DNA from: a virus | Virus record (IMG/VR): IMGVR_UViG_3300049995_000120 | Location: 16,506 to 80,505 of that record | DNA: 64,000 bases | Strand: one strand, 5' to 3' | In this document: piece after piece, positions 48,415 through 59,409 of the stretch | Position numbering within the stretch: the first letter of the stretch is position 1 | Layout of the letters: each line of letters opens with the position of its first letter | The notes under the pieces: model-generated | The model's database searches: none | What the model was told of the DNA's origin: nothing | The model's input: only the letters and a program-made list of their open reading frames with translations | Position numbers and translations under genes: made by a program

Positions 48415-50349
48415 CTAATCATCAGATAAACCATTTTCCTGCCAACATAAAAACGTATCGCAAGGATCTCCCTCTCCGGATTCAATCCATGCGCCATATT
48501 TGGACGCGTAATTATTCAATGCCTCGAAAAATACTTCGTCTTCATAAGCTTCACGTGACCCTAATTGCCCACAGTAATTACAGCCTTTCCCCTTACAACG
48601 AGGGCAATCATCCACATTACTGCAGGCGAATGGTAAGTAATACTTACCAGATGGATTGATTAGTGTACCCAGATATACACTCATATAATTATTAGATGGA
48701 TCATCGGACATCAATTCCGGTGTTTCTTTTATCCCCCATTCGACCAATTCTTTCGCTTCTCGTTTTATGTCTCTTGCGTTCATTTTATCGTCTCCAATCG
48801 TTTGTAGTAGGTTTATAGACTTGTTAGGGGATTATATACCCCTCATTGCTTACAATCTATCCTAGGGGATTGTAGGCAATGGGAGGGTATAATCACGTGT
48901 GCATTTGGTATTGATAGGTATTTGAGGGTTCGTTATAATGGGCGATTATTCCGCCGTCCATAATGCGCCGGCCAGTGAGGTCATCCATGATATCAAAATA
49001 GTAATTATGAGGATGTCCAACGGGATTATTCCAGCAATCAAATGATAGGTATACCTTAACCAAGTTCCCATTGCTGGAATTTTCAGCAATGCGGGTTAAA
49101 TGGGCTATATAATTCTGTTTGCCATATTCGCCCCAATCCACGAACATAGAATCCATATCAAGGGAGAATGCCGATTCTACACCCTCGTTGTATACCCATT
49201 CTACTTGTGGACCGTAGAGATTAACCCAGACAGGTATAACGTCTGTAAAATCAATGGTTGAGTTATCTGGCGCAGTTATGAACGCTTGTAATACTGATTC
49301 GACTTCGTTTCGTGGGAAAGTGTACCAAGTTTCTTTATAACTACCGCTAATTTTATCGTTTTGACATTCGCTTGAATAGTGATTCAACGCAACGATCCGC
49401 GCGCCATGAGGGTTAAACATAATAATCTGACTGCAATCCTCATATGTCACCCATTTTTCGGATAATAAGCGCTTGCATTCGTCAATTGCAACGTACACGC
49501 TTGCCCGTGTTTTCCCGTCTGATATTACCCATTCTATACTGCTAGAATGTTTGTTGAGTTTTAATTCAGTGATATTAATGTTCATTTTAGACTCCTCGTT
49601 TTTTGTGATTATGGTTTAATTTTCGTTGTTCGTTTATGTCTGATAATGATCGAAATTCTGATATATCCGCGCAATTCTCACAAGCGTTATATATACCTGC
49701 CCGTGAGTGTTTTGTCCATACTACCTTGCACGGCTTGCCTGTATAGTCACATATCCAGTTATGGATATCATGGTAAAATTTCGTGTTTATCATAGTTTTA
49801 TGCCAGTGAATTCAACAACCCCAAATTGTGAAGTATTCCCCAAAATAGTTGGACCAATGGGCTAGTACTCGCTTGCATTAATCCTGCCCATTGATTCACG
49901 TCTGCAGTACCAAATGACCACGATAAAATCAGGTATAGTGCAAGGATAACGAGGGCAGTAAAAAAAGCGAATTCTACAAACGATCTGCCCGTTTCATTCG
50001 TGTATTGAACGGCATTTTCGCCTTCTGGTAACATGTTCCCACATTTGGTACAGCAAACGTATGAATCAGAGGGCAGGTTACAAGTCGGACAGATTGGGCG
50101 CGGATTATTTACAGCGGGCGGATTAACCAGAGTGTACTCATTGGGCATGACTCTAATTTCGTGATAATGACCACAATCTGGGTAGTACTGATATGCGCAT
50201 TGCATACCCCACCACTTGCGAGTAGTTAACCATATGATACTGCCGGGTTTTGCGAAGGTATACCCCACAATCCTTACATTTAAAACCGCACTTTTATAAC
50301 CCCTTTTTACAATCTCGTCATGTGTTAGATATCGCTTGTTTGTATTCAT
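48415..50349 (-). CDS. early hypothetical genes (48415-48783, 48893-49585, 49587-49793, 49798-50349)
   Basis: SD-preceded ORFs, several with CxxC motifs. Confidence 0.55.
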
Positions 50350-51078
50350 TTGAATCTCCAGTCTATGGTTGATTAAGAGAACGCCTGTATATCAGTATAC
50401 ACCAATTTAAGAAAATGTCAACTACCAATTACAATATTGTAAGGATAACAGCCCAATTGTCACCCTCTCCCGTCTCATCTGGTATCATCCCGCCGATCCC
50501 AAGTCAGGCATGGGGGGGGTATACCCTATCATCTTGTAGCATATGATTGTATAAGACAATTGTGATTCTATGCAATTAAACATGATGTGAATGGTCGCGA
50601 TAATGATTGTTAACTTAAGCATGAAATATTATCACGCATAGCTAACAACTAATCTTGCAAATTCAATTTTCGTTGCATCAATTGGTCGACTGCCCCACCA
50701 TTGGCCTAATTATATGGAATTAAATGGGATTGCATCATAATTTTAGCCAGGCGCAATGGGAGCATGGCCCACCGACGCGCAGGGGTTTCAAAAAAAGTTG
50801 CGCGGGGCTTGGCGGACTCGTTTAAACGGCAGGGAAAAATTCGCCTCTGGTCATTTACCCCCTAGGTGGTTGCGTGATCGTTCCGATCCTGTCTGGCAAG
50901 GTCCCAATATCCTTGACTCTTGGGGTGGGTGTGGTAAAATCTGGTTGTGCCTGACTTTGTATCTGTTTGTGTTTTACCAAACTGCTCCATGCCGTGGGGC
51001 AGTTTGGGTTTTAGTAGGAAAACCCTTGACTTTTTGGGGAGAGGGTAGTATAGTGGTTGGCAGAAGGAGATTGAGAGT

Positions 51079-52291
51079 ATGGTAGACAATCTGAGTGACC
51101 AAGAATTGCGAACTGAACTGAAAAGGCGGCAACAAGAAGCGCAGTTGAATCGTATCCCAAAACCCTTGGCAGAACCAGACTGGACAGACTTGAAGAAGGT
51201 GTGTGAGGAATATATTGCTGCTCTTGCCAAGGACTACTACCCAGACGAAGATTTTGGGCATTACATCTACGAGGCTGCGTTAGAGGCAATATATGGGCCT
51301 GACGTATGGGGGTTTATCAATCATCCCAAACCATTGGAATAAACGGCACGGAGAACAAGATGAACGCCGAACTTAACCAGCAAGTTGCGATGAAGGTGAT
51401 GGGCAGTCATATCATCACGGTATCTCAAGACAATACTGCCATTTGGCATGGCAGTAAAGTAGGGATGGGCACATACATGATACGTGATGATCAAGAGCCG
51501 CACGAGTGGGGTCCGCAAGTCGAGGACATTCCAAACTACAGTGGTGATATTTCTGCCGCGTGGCAAGTAGTGGAAGAGATGAGCGGTAAAGGATATCTAT
51601 TTACCATTCAAGAAATGGATAATAAAGATTGGTATGCCGCCTTTGATGCTTATGGAAGTTATTCATATCCTGCATCTAAAGCAATCTGCCTTGCCGCATT
51701 AGCAGCCATCGAGGAGGAGAAAGAATTAGATAAAGGAGAAAGGTGATGAACCCAAAACGGCGAAAGGCTACTTATAATTGCTTGCTACTATTGGTGTTTT
51801 GGACTGTTACATGGATTATCGGGTTTGCTATGCTGGCATCTGGGGTTAGTGCACTGGCAATTCCCGCCACATTGATTTTGGTAATAGGCCCATATAGTGG
51901 GTTGATATTATTGAACTGACAAGGGAGTGACATGAAAACGATTGAAGAAGTAATTGTAGAATTGCGGCGCGTGGCCTGCGGGTTTGAAGATATAGGAGAT
52001 GTTCATGGTCAACCGCATCTGCCGTCTTACCATTGCGGGAAATCCGCCGGCCTACGGATGGCGATTATGGTGCTGGAGCAATGGCTGGATGAGAGGGTAA
52101 CTGAGGAGATGCGCAGTAAATGGCAGCGCGTAGAAGGGTTGGTGGACACATTGACTCGGATGGGCAACGAGTTGGACGAGTTGGCTGCGCGTAGTCCTGC
52201 TTTCAGTGAAGAGAGAACCAAGGCGTTATATTATTGCGATGCCTATCGAGAAGCACGTAGTCTGTTGAGAAATGCTATGGAAGGAGAATGA
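51079..52291 (+). CDS. hypothetical genes (51079-51342, 51360-51746, 51932-52291)
   Basis: promoter TTGACT-N17-TATAGT at about 51026-51054; 51360-51746 carries PNYS.DISAAWQVVE...AICLAAL, a common phage domain. Confidence 0.6.
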
Positions 52292-52292
52292 C

Positions 52293-52736
52293 GTGAAAAT
52301 CTATTTAGTACATCCGGTTTCAGGATTGAGTTACGATGCGGTTATGGCGTATTATAACGAGGTCAGAGCAGCCCTGCCGTATTACGAGCCATTATGTCCT
52401 ATGGTTTGCAAGGGATACTTGTCGCCAGAGCAGGATCTAAAAGTGGAGGGATATACCAATCCTGTTTCAACCGATCACGCGATTGTGGGACGTGATATGT
52501 GGATGGTGCAGCAGAGCGACGTGGTTTATGCCGATTTCACGGGAGCGACCAGGGTTTCAATCGGGTGTGTATGTGAACTCGCCTGGGCGATGTTATTGAG
52601 GAAACATATTGTAGTGGTGATGAAGAAAGGAAATCCGCACTATCACAGTTTCATCCTTGAATGCGCCAACATTGTGTTCGAGACTGCAGATGAGGCCATT
52701 GACTACTTGTCGAGTTTGGCGTTGGGAATTCAATAG
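52293..52736 (+). CDS. nucleoside 2-deoxyribosyltransferase-like protein
   Basis: KIYL..P, RD...V.QSDVV, S.G...E..WA...K motifs. Confidence 0.75.
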   Translation: MKIYLVHPVSGLSYDAVMAYYNEVRAALPYYEPLCPMVCKGYLSPEQDLKVEGYTNPVSTDHAIVGRDMWMVQQSDVVYADFTGATRVSIGCVCELAWAMLLRKHIVVVMKKGNPHYHSFILECANIVFETADEAIDYLSSLALGIQ

Positions 52737-52851
52737 TGTGGGAAAAGTGGGCGAAACGTCACCTTTTGTCTAACATTTATCTAGGTTTTGTACAAGGCGA
52801 TAAGGTTGTGAGCGACCAACCAAAAAATGAAAAGGAGTGACATCAAGAGAA

Positions 52852-53394
52852 ATGAGTTACTATTTTACAAGTGATTTACATCTAAGTCATAGAAATATCA
52901 TCAAATACTGTAATCGTCCCTTTGATGACGTAGAAGAGATGAATCGAGTAATAAGGAACCGCTGGAACTTTGTGGTCAATCCCGATGATATCGTCTATAT
53001 TCTAGGCGATGTTTCTTTTAGAGGACTAGAAGATCTGGATGAGTTTAATGGGCTGATACATATTCTTCCCGGTTCACATGATGGGAAACTGAAACAGTTG
53101 GGGACTATAAATACTATTGAGCCATCTGTAGTAGAACTAAAAATCCCTGATTTAATGGATGAGTATGGCAACCAACGTACCCTCGTGCTTTGTCATTATG
53201 CCATGCGAGTCTGGCCCCTGTCCCATTATGCCTCCTGGCACTTGTTTGGACATAGTCACGGTAATCTACCGCCTTATGGATTATCCTTTGATGTGGGTAT
53301 AGACACTAATGAATTTTATCCATATTCACTGGAAGATATCAAGAAGAAGATGGCTACTTTAACTCCTATCGTGGATTTTAGAAAGGGAAAATGA
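52852..53394 (+). CDS. calcineurin-like metallophosphoesterase
   Basis: FTSDLH..H.NII, LGD, GSHD, CHY, GHSH, DVG.D. Confidence 0.85.
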   Translation: MSYYFTSDLHLSHRNIIKYCNRPFDDVEEMNRVIRNRWNFVVNPDDIVYILGDVSFRGLEDLDEFNGLIHILPGSHDGKLKQLGTINTIEPSVVELKIPDLMDEYGNQRTLVLCHYAMRVWPLSHYASWHLFGHSHGNLPPYGLSFDVGIDTNEFYPYSLEDIKKKMATLTPIVDFRKGK

Positions 53395-55853
53395 GAAGGA
53401 TATACACGGTAAATCAGGCTGATGTGATTGATTGGGCGACTGGATATACAGGAGAACCATTTCACGCGCTGTTGTGCGATCCGCCTTACGAGTATGGTTT
53501 TATGGGGAAAAGTTGGGATGCGACTGGTATTTCGTACAGGAAGGAAACTTGGGAAGCGTACTTGCGTATCCTGTGTCCAGGTGGATTTGGGATGGCATTT
53601 GGAGGAGCTAGGACGGCGCATAGGCTGGCGGTGGCGATCGAGGACGCCGGCTTTGTGATTCATCCCCAGATTGCGTGGATCTATGGATGCTTAAGTGACG
53701 ACACAGAAATTTTGACGCGGCGCGGATGGGCACGATACGACCGGTTATTTGATGGCTGTATGGTTATGTGCTATAATGTAAATAGTGGAACGTTGAATTT
53801 TCTTCCTGTAGAAAAGGTTTGTGTCTATGAGTATGATGATATTGCCTATCATATCGTCTCAGAAAGAACCGATCAAATTGTCTCCAGAAATCATCGGTGT
53901 TTGGTTGAACGAGACAACCGATTTGTGTTTCGGGCGGCGGAGACATTGGAATGCCAAGAGATCCTACCCATACTGGAAAGTGTGCAGGAAGTGCGGGAGG
54001 CTATATTCAGTAAAAAACGTAAAGGAATATTACAAGAAAACTACCTGCGGACTTTATTGTTGCAAAACGGTAACAGGACCGCGACCGCAAATGATCGTTC
54101 CGCTAGAAAAGCGCAAAATTACAATGATAGTCTGCGCGGTATGTGGAAAGAAGGCAATGAGGCCAAATGCGTGGGTAAGGAGGGTAAAATTGCCAACGTG
54201 CTCCAATCATTGCAATGGAATATTGCGCGCGAAAGATTTATTGCCATATTCGGGAAAAGGACGAAGTGGCTGGACCGCAGAAAGTCTTGCCTCTTTTCGG
54301 CTGAAAATGTCGGGAGAAAACAATCCTGCCTGGAAAGGTGGCGTTACTTATTTTTACAAGCACGGAAATTATGCGCCGATAAAATATGTGCGGTGTCCAG
54401 ACGAATTTTTACTTATGGCGCGCAAAGATGGCTATGTTATGGAACACCGTCTATTAGTTGCGCAAATACTTCAGCGGTGTCTAAAACGAGGGGAAATTGT
54501 CCATCATATCAACCACAATCCTCAGGACAATCGCTTGGAAAATCTACAGTTATTCGCCAGCAACTCGGCACACAAGAAATACGAACACTATGGAGAACCA
54601 TTTCCGATCTGGCAACTATAAATTCAATTCAATACAAAGGAACAGTTTGGTGTGTAAAAGTCCCAACTGGCGCGTTTGTCGCGCGCAGGAATGGAAAGGT
54701 TTTTATTACTGGAAATAGTGGCTTTCCGAAAGCTACTAGGTTGGATGCGAGGATCGATGAACAGGCCGGCGCGGCCAGGGAGGAGGTAGGGACGGTTCGC
54801 AGATGGGGTGCCAATGCGGGGAAGGGTAGGGGCAATCAATACGCCAATGAGTACGAACCGTCTGAACCAGGGGCGGAGAAGTATGATCCTATTACCGCGC
54901 CAACTACGCCACTGGCGCAGGCGTGGGCGGGACATCGGTACGGCCTGCAGGCGCTGAAACCCGCACTGGAACCGATTGTGGTATTCCAGAAGCCGTATGA
55001 GGGGAAACCCATTGACTGTATCACGCGCACAGGCGCGGGTGCGCTGAATATTGAAGGAAGTCGGATTGGCACGGAGCCTGTGATCTCAAACCGTTGGACC
55101 GACAACGCTCATCCATTTGGGGGCGGTGCGGGGAATCCCTACGAGACGGTGCATAATCGGGGCCGCTGGCCGGCGAATGTGGTGCTATCTCATCTTCCCG
55201 ACTGTGGCGAGACCTGCGTTCCTGGCTGTCCCGTGAAGGCATTGGGTGAACAGAGTGGAGTTCTGACGAGCGGGAAGCCGGCTGGATTGAGACATGCGCC
55301 TAATAACATCTATGGGGAATATGGAACGGAGATACCTGTTACGGGCTATGGCGATTCGGGTTCTGCCGCGCGCTTTTTCTACAATGCAGACTGGATGTAC
55401 GAGCGATTGGAGAAGGATGATGGATTTGTGTACTGCGCCAAGGCCAACAAGAATGATCGCGATGCTGGATTAGATTCTATGCCATTACGCCAGAAATACG
55501 CAAAGGATGGTCGTGGGAACAGTCACGAAATTTTTACCAGCGCGAGTGCTCACGATTCGTCGTGGGCGAAAAAGAATCCCGCTTATCCACAAAGAAACCA
55601 TCATCCTGCCATCAAGCCGATTGCGTTGGTGCGGCATTTGGCGACTTTACTTCTCCCGCCGGCGATGTATTCGCCGCGCAGGATTGTGGTGCCGTTCTGC
55701 GGGAGCGGAAGCGAGATGATCGGCTGCCTGCGCGCGGGCTGGGAAGTGATTGAGGGAATCGAGAAGGAGAGTGAGTATTGCGACATTGCGCGCGCAAGGC
55801 TGGAATACTGGGCGAAGATTCCCATACAGCGGGAATTACCGCTAAACACTTGA
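53391..55853 (+). CDS. DNA methyltransferase (N4C/N6A, beta-type) containing an intein
   Basis: DPPY, FMGKSWD, W.YG|SGFPK, LKPA.EPI, GRWPAN, HP.IKP..L, PFCGSGS. Confidence 0.9.
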   Translation: MRRIYTVNQADVIDWATGYTGEPFHALLCDPPYEYGFMGKSWDATGISYRKETWEAYLRILCPGGFGMAFGGARTAHRLAVAIEDAGFVIHPQIAWIYGCLSDDTEILTRRGWARYDRLFDGCMVMCYNVNSGTLNFLPVEKVCVYEYDDIAYHIVSERTDQIVSRNHRCLVERDNRFVFRAAETLECQEILPILESVQEVREAIFSKKRKGILQENYLRTLLLQNGNRTATANDRSARKAQNYNDSLRGMWKEGNEAKCVGKEGKIANVLQSLQWNIARERFIAIFGKRTKWLDRRKSCLFSAENVGRKQSCLERWRYLFLQARKLCADKICAVSRRIFTYGAQRWLCYGTPSISCANTSAVSKTRGNCPSYQPQSSGQSLGKSTVIRQQLGTQEIRTLWRTISDLATINSIQYKGTVWCVKVPTGAFVARRNGKVFITGNSGFPKATRLDARIDEQAGAAREEVGTVRRWGANAGKGRGNQYANEYEPSEPGAEKYDPITAPTTPLAQAWAGHRYGLQALKPALEPIVVFQKPYEGKPIDCITRTGAGALNIEGSRIGTEPVISNRWTDNAHPFGGGAGNPYETVHNRGRWPANVVLSHLPDCGETCVPGCPVKALGEQSGVLTSGKPAGLRHAPNNIYGEYGTEIPVTGYGDSGSAARFFYNADWMYERLEKDDGFVYCAKANKNDRDAGLDSMPLRQKYAKDGRGNSHEIFTSASAHDSSWAKKNPAYPQRNHHPAIKPIALVRHLATLLLPPAMYSPRRIVVPFCGSGSEMIGCLRAGWEVIEGIEKESEYCDIARARLEYWAKIPIQRELPLNT
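53688..54716 (+). mobile_element. intein (343 aa) in the DNA methyltransferase
   Basis: starts CLSDDTEILT..GW, block B VS.NH, ends YKG.VWC..VPTGAFVARRNGKVFITGN|S; removing it restores YG-SGFPK. Confidence 0.92.
53821..54621 (+). CDS. HNH endonuclease overprinted in the +1 frame of the intein (true start uncertain)
   Basis: CxxC fingers, GENNPAWKGG, GYVMEHRL..A......L...E.VHHINH...DNR.ENL. Confidence 0.85.
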   Translation: MSMSMMILPIISSQKEPIKLSPEIIGVWLNETTDLCFGRRRHWNAKRSYPYWKVCRKCGRLYSVKNVKEYYKKTTCGLYCCKTVTGPRPQMIVPLEKRKITMIVCAVCGKKAMRPNAWVRRVKLPTCSNHCNGILRAKDLLPYSGKGRSGWTAESLASFRLKMSGENNPAWKGGVTYFYKHGNYAPIKYVRCPDEFLLMARKDGYVMEHRLLVAQILQRCLKRGEIVHHINHNPQDNRLENLQLFASNSAHKKYEHYGEPFPIWQL

Positions 55854-55902
55854 CAGTACAATGACAGTGGAGTAGAATTGAGCGAGAAAGGAGAAAAATA
55901 TT

Positions 55903-56998
55903 ATGAATGAGCAAACAGCACAAAAATTCGCAAAATGGTGGGCTGACCACCTGCGCTGTAACGCCAAATTGGACAATGGGGATAAGTCCTATCAGGGAGC
56001 AATGACGTTGGGCCTAGCCTCCATGCTACAGGAAAAGGAGAAAGCTGGTCAGACTCTTGAGCAAATTGACAAGTTTGAGAAGGAACTTGCCGGCCTGTTA
56101 CTGCAAGATAGCCGCGACTTCGTATATGTCAGCGTGGATTATGCGCCTGACTGCATGTTAAGTTTCGCTGCAGAGAAGGCCAACTTACAATTGGGATCGA
56201 CTACCCTGCCTTGGAAAACCAACATGTGGATTAATAAGGACGAAATTGAAATCCGCTGCGGGTATTACGGAGAAATACAAAAGTTAGAGTGATACATGCA
56301 ATATAAGATAACCCGATCGGGATTTCTCAAAATATTGGGGGCGGCACTGGTAACACCTTTATTGGCGCGTATAAAAATACCGCGGGAACAGACGCCGGCC
56401 TGGGAACAGGGCGTTTCTGCCGCAGACGGCAGCATTCAGAACTCGCAGGACTTGGGTAACAGTATCACGTGGGAGCCGATTTTAGATGTGTGGCATGATA
56501 ACGATGGTACGTACATGCTGGATCGTAGCGGAATTTATTATTTCTGCCCTGCCGATTTTGAAATAAACACTTGGTTTAGGTGCGATCCCACGCTAGACCT
56601 CTGGTTAAGGCACAGGGAATCGTTGCGCGCCAGGGCGATGTGTTACATGGCAGATGCCGCCAACTGCTGCGCCAGTGGGCAGATACGCATGGCTGTCATT
56701 TTCCGTGAAACTGCTGAACGCCTTGGAAAGTTGCGGGATAGTTTGTGGACCAACTGCCCTATGTTGGAACAAGAAGAAGGAGAATACTATGAACTATGAT
56801 AAGCCGATTCGGATAATCTGCCCCATTTGTGGTACTGAGAACAGGATTCCCGCCGAAGATGTGGAGGATGGCGAAACCACTCTTCGTTACTGCCATAGAC
56901 CCGATGGTGTTGGCTGCGACAATACTTTCGCTTTCAAGGTGGATCTGCAAATTGTTACTAAGGTATATAAGTTGGAAACGGTTGAGGAAAAGCCATGA
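55903..56998 (+). CDS. hypothetical genes (55903-56292, 56296-56799, 56789-56998 Zn-ribbon)
   Basis: ORFs in series after promoter TTGACA-N17-TAGAAT at about 55850. Confidence 0.55.
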
Positions 56999-57657
56999 AA
57001 GAGCGACCCATCCTCTTCTCAGGGTCAATGATTAGACAGATACTTGCCGGGAACAAGACGCAGACACGACGTGTGATAAAGTTCCCATCAGGCGATTCTG
57101 GAATTAATTTCCCTATGGCGGTCAAAATCGATGGTTGTTATGAATGGATTTTTTGGAGTACGGCCCTCTTTAACAACCGCGACTTTACCCAAAAAGCCTA
57201 TAAATGTGGAGACGGTATTAAATGTCCGTATGGCCAACCAGGAGATCAACTGTGGGTACGGGAGACGTGGTGGATTAATCCAAATGATATCACAACACAA
57301 TGCAAAGATTTTGTAATCTATCGCCAGGAATATTCTGGGCCTAAACCTAGATTGGGATGGCTTTCACCCATCTTTATGCCGCGATGGGCTTGCCGACTCA
57401 TCCTGGAAATAACCAATATCAACGTTGAACGCTTGCAAGATATTAGGCCTCGCGACTGTTTGGCTGAAGGAATTGAGGATGATGTTTGTTTGATGTCCAA
57501 TGAACCCGTTTCCAAACCCATTCCCTATGAAATAGCAATCAAGATCGCGCGTAATCGTTTTCAAGAATTGTGGGATTCCCTAAATACCAAACGCGGATAT
57601 CCATGGTCATCCAATCCATGGGTATGGAAGATTGAATTCAAGGTGGTGAAACCATGA
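56995..57657 (+). CDS. conserved phage protein (ASCH/PUA-like)
   Basis: MKERPILFS..M...IL.G.KTQTRR, CPYG.PGD.LWVRETW, SP.FMPRWA.R, ERLQDI, NPWVW. Confidence 0.8.
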   Translation: MKERPILFSGSMIRQILAGNKTQTRRVIKFPSGDSGINFPMAVKIDGCYEWIFWSTALFNNRDFTQKAYKCGDGIKCPYGQPGDQLWVRETWWINPNDITTQCKDFVIYRQEYSGPKPRLGWLSPIFMPRWACRLILEITNINVERLQDIRPRDCLAEGIEDDVCLMSNEPVSKPIPYEIAIKIARNRFQELWDSLNTKRGYPWSSNPWVWKIEFKVVKP

Positions 57658-58312
57658 CCGAATATAAAACCATTTCTTATCAGTGTAACTTTTGTATGAC
57701 TTTTACTCAGGAGCCTGTGCGCTGGTTTCGCGTGACCAGTTTACGCAGGATCGGAGGGACACAGAAACCCTCGACCTGTGTTGAGGGTGACACCCATGCC
57801 TGTGAAAATTGTGGGCATGAGATTCACAAGATACTGGATATTTTGGGTATCCCCCATGAGTTTGAGGCAGTTGCGAAAGAGCGAGAACCGTTCCTGTGGG
57901 GACGTATCTTTGTTGCATAGATTCGAGATAAGATACATTTCCGGTATATTATGGGATATAATGTACTTACGGGGTTGTCGTGGCAGAAGGCGAAAAGGCA
58001 GATGCGCTATGCCCGGTAGACCATGATCACCACTAGCGAACCCGCCGGAAGCCGTAACCGGCACTTTATCAAGTCAATACGGGCAACGACTACAGTTTGG
58101 AGGCATAAATTTCAAAGAAAGGAACCTAAAATGAAAATCAATTGCTGGAAAGTACCTGGACGTTCAATTGTTTGTGACACCCCATTGCGCTGGTTGCGGG
58201 AAATCGTTTGGTGCTATGTCATCATGAAACTATTTAAGTCTGACATTGACGCGATTACCTCGTAACAACGCCCGACCCGCCCGTTTGACAAGTCTTACGG
58301 ATGTGATATAGT

Positions 58313-58640
58313 GGTATGGGTGTACCGCCCCGACGTAAGACTGCCTGTGCCATATGACGTGAAAGGCCAAAGTCTAAAAATGATGCCCGATATGGCGCAG
58401 GCTACCTTAATAAGGTCAATACAGGCATGTTCAAAGGAACTGTTCAGGGGAGCACCAGATTCGTGTGGTAGTAACAGACCCTACCTAGATATCCCCATAA
58501 AGGTTGCGCCTGGGTGCCTGCTTGACAAGCCTCTCCGCCATGTGCGGAAAAGGTAACGCCTGCGCCGCAAGTAACTCGGTATCCACTTGCTCGTTTGCCA
58601 ACTCCCGGCTTTTGGTGGACGGGGAGGCGGCGCAGGTAGT
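58313..58640 (+). ncRNA. candidate structured ncRNA / long leader
   Basis: follows TTGACA-N16-TATAGT; 13-bp, 7-bp and 11-bp helices. Confidence 0.45.
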
Positions 58641-58656
58641 ATAGAAGGTTCTCGCG

Positions 58657-59409
58657 ATGAAACTCATGTATGATATGGGTAATGCCAAAATCTATCATGG
58701 TGATGCGCGCCACATGGATTCCATCGCGGATGGGTCTATCCATATGGTTATTACCTCGCCTCCATATCTCAATGCCCGAGATTACAGCCAGTGGAACAAT
58801 TATCAAGAGTATCTGGCAGATATGACTCTTGCTTGGAAAGAGTGTTACCGTGTGTTATGCGATGGTGGGCGGATTGCTGTCAATGTTCCGCTTGGATATG
58901 GACGCCAGAATAATGGACGCGATGGATATATGTGTATTGGAGATGATACGACACATGCACTTAAGGAGATTGGCTTTGCCATGCGTGGTCATATCATCTG
59001 GGTGAAGAGTTCGGGTCTTTCGTCAACCGCGTGGGGAAGTTGGCGTTCAGCTTCCGATCCTTGTCTACGCGATGCTCATGAAGTGATCATTGTAGCTCAT
59101 AAGGGTAAGTCAAAACGAGAAAAAGGGGAAAGTACGATTGATAAAGACACCTTCAAGCGCGCCACGACTTCTGTTTGGCAGATAACACCCGTTCAAGGTT
59201 GGCACCCTGCGCCGTTCCCCGATGAAATACCGCATCGGTTAATACAACTCTATACCTTTAAGGGAGACACAGTTCTCGATCCTTTCGCGGGAAGCATGAC
59301 AACTCCCTTTACTGCAGCGAGAGAGGGCAGGATTGGGATAGGGGTAGAATTAAATCTGGATTATCTCAAACAGGCATGTGGCACCATGTTCGTGAGGGAA
59401 GATGATTGA
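58657..59409 (+). CDS. DNA methyltransferase (N4C/N6A, beta-type)
   Basis: GDAR, ITSPPY, HPAPFP.E...RLI, VLDPFAGS, G.ELN..Y. Confidence 0.9.
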   Translation: MKLMYDMGNAKIYHGDARHMDSIADGSIHMVITSPPYLNARDYSQWNNYQEYLADMTLAWKECYRVLCDGGRIAVNVPLGYGRQNNGRDGYMCIGDDTTHALKEIGFAMRGHIIWVKSSGLSSTAWGSWRSASDPCLRDAHEVIIVAHKGKSKREKGESTIDKDTFKRATTSVWQITPVQGWHPAPFPDEIPHRLIQLYTFKGDTVLDPFAGSMTTPFTAAREGRIGIGVELNLDYLKQACGTMFVREDD

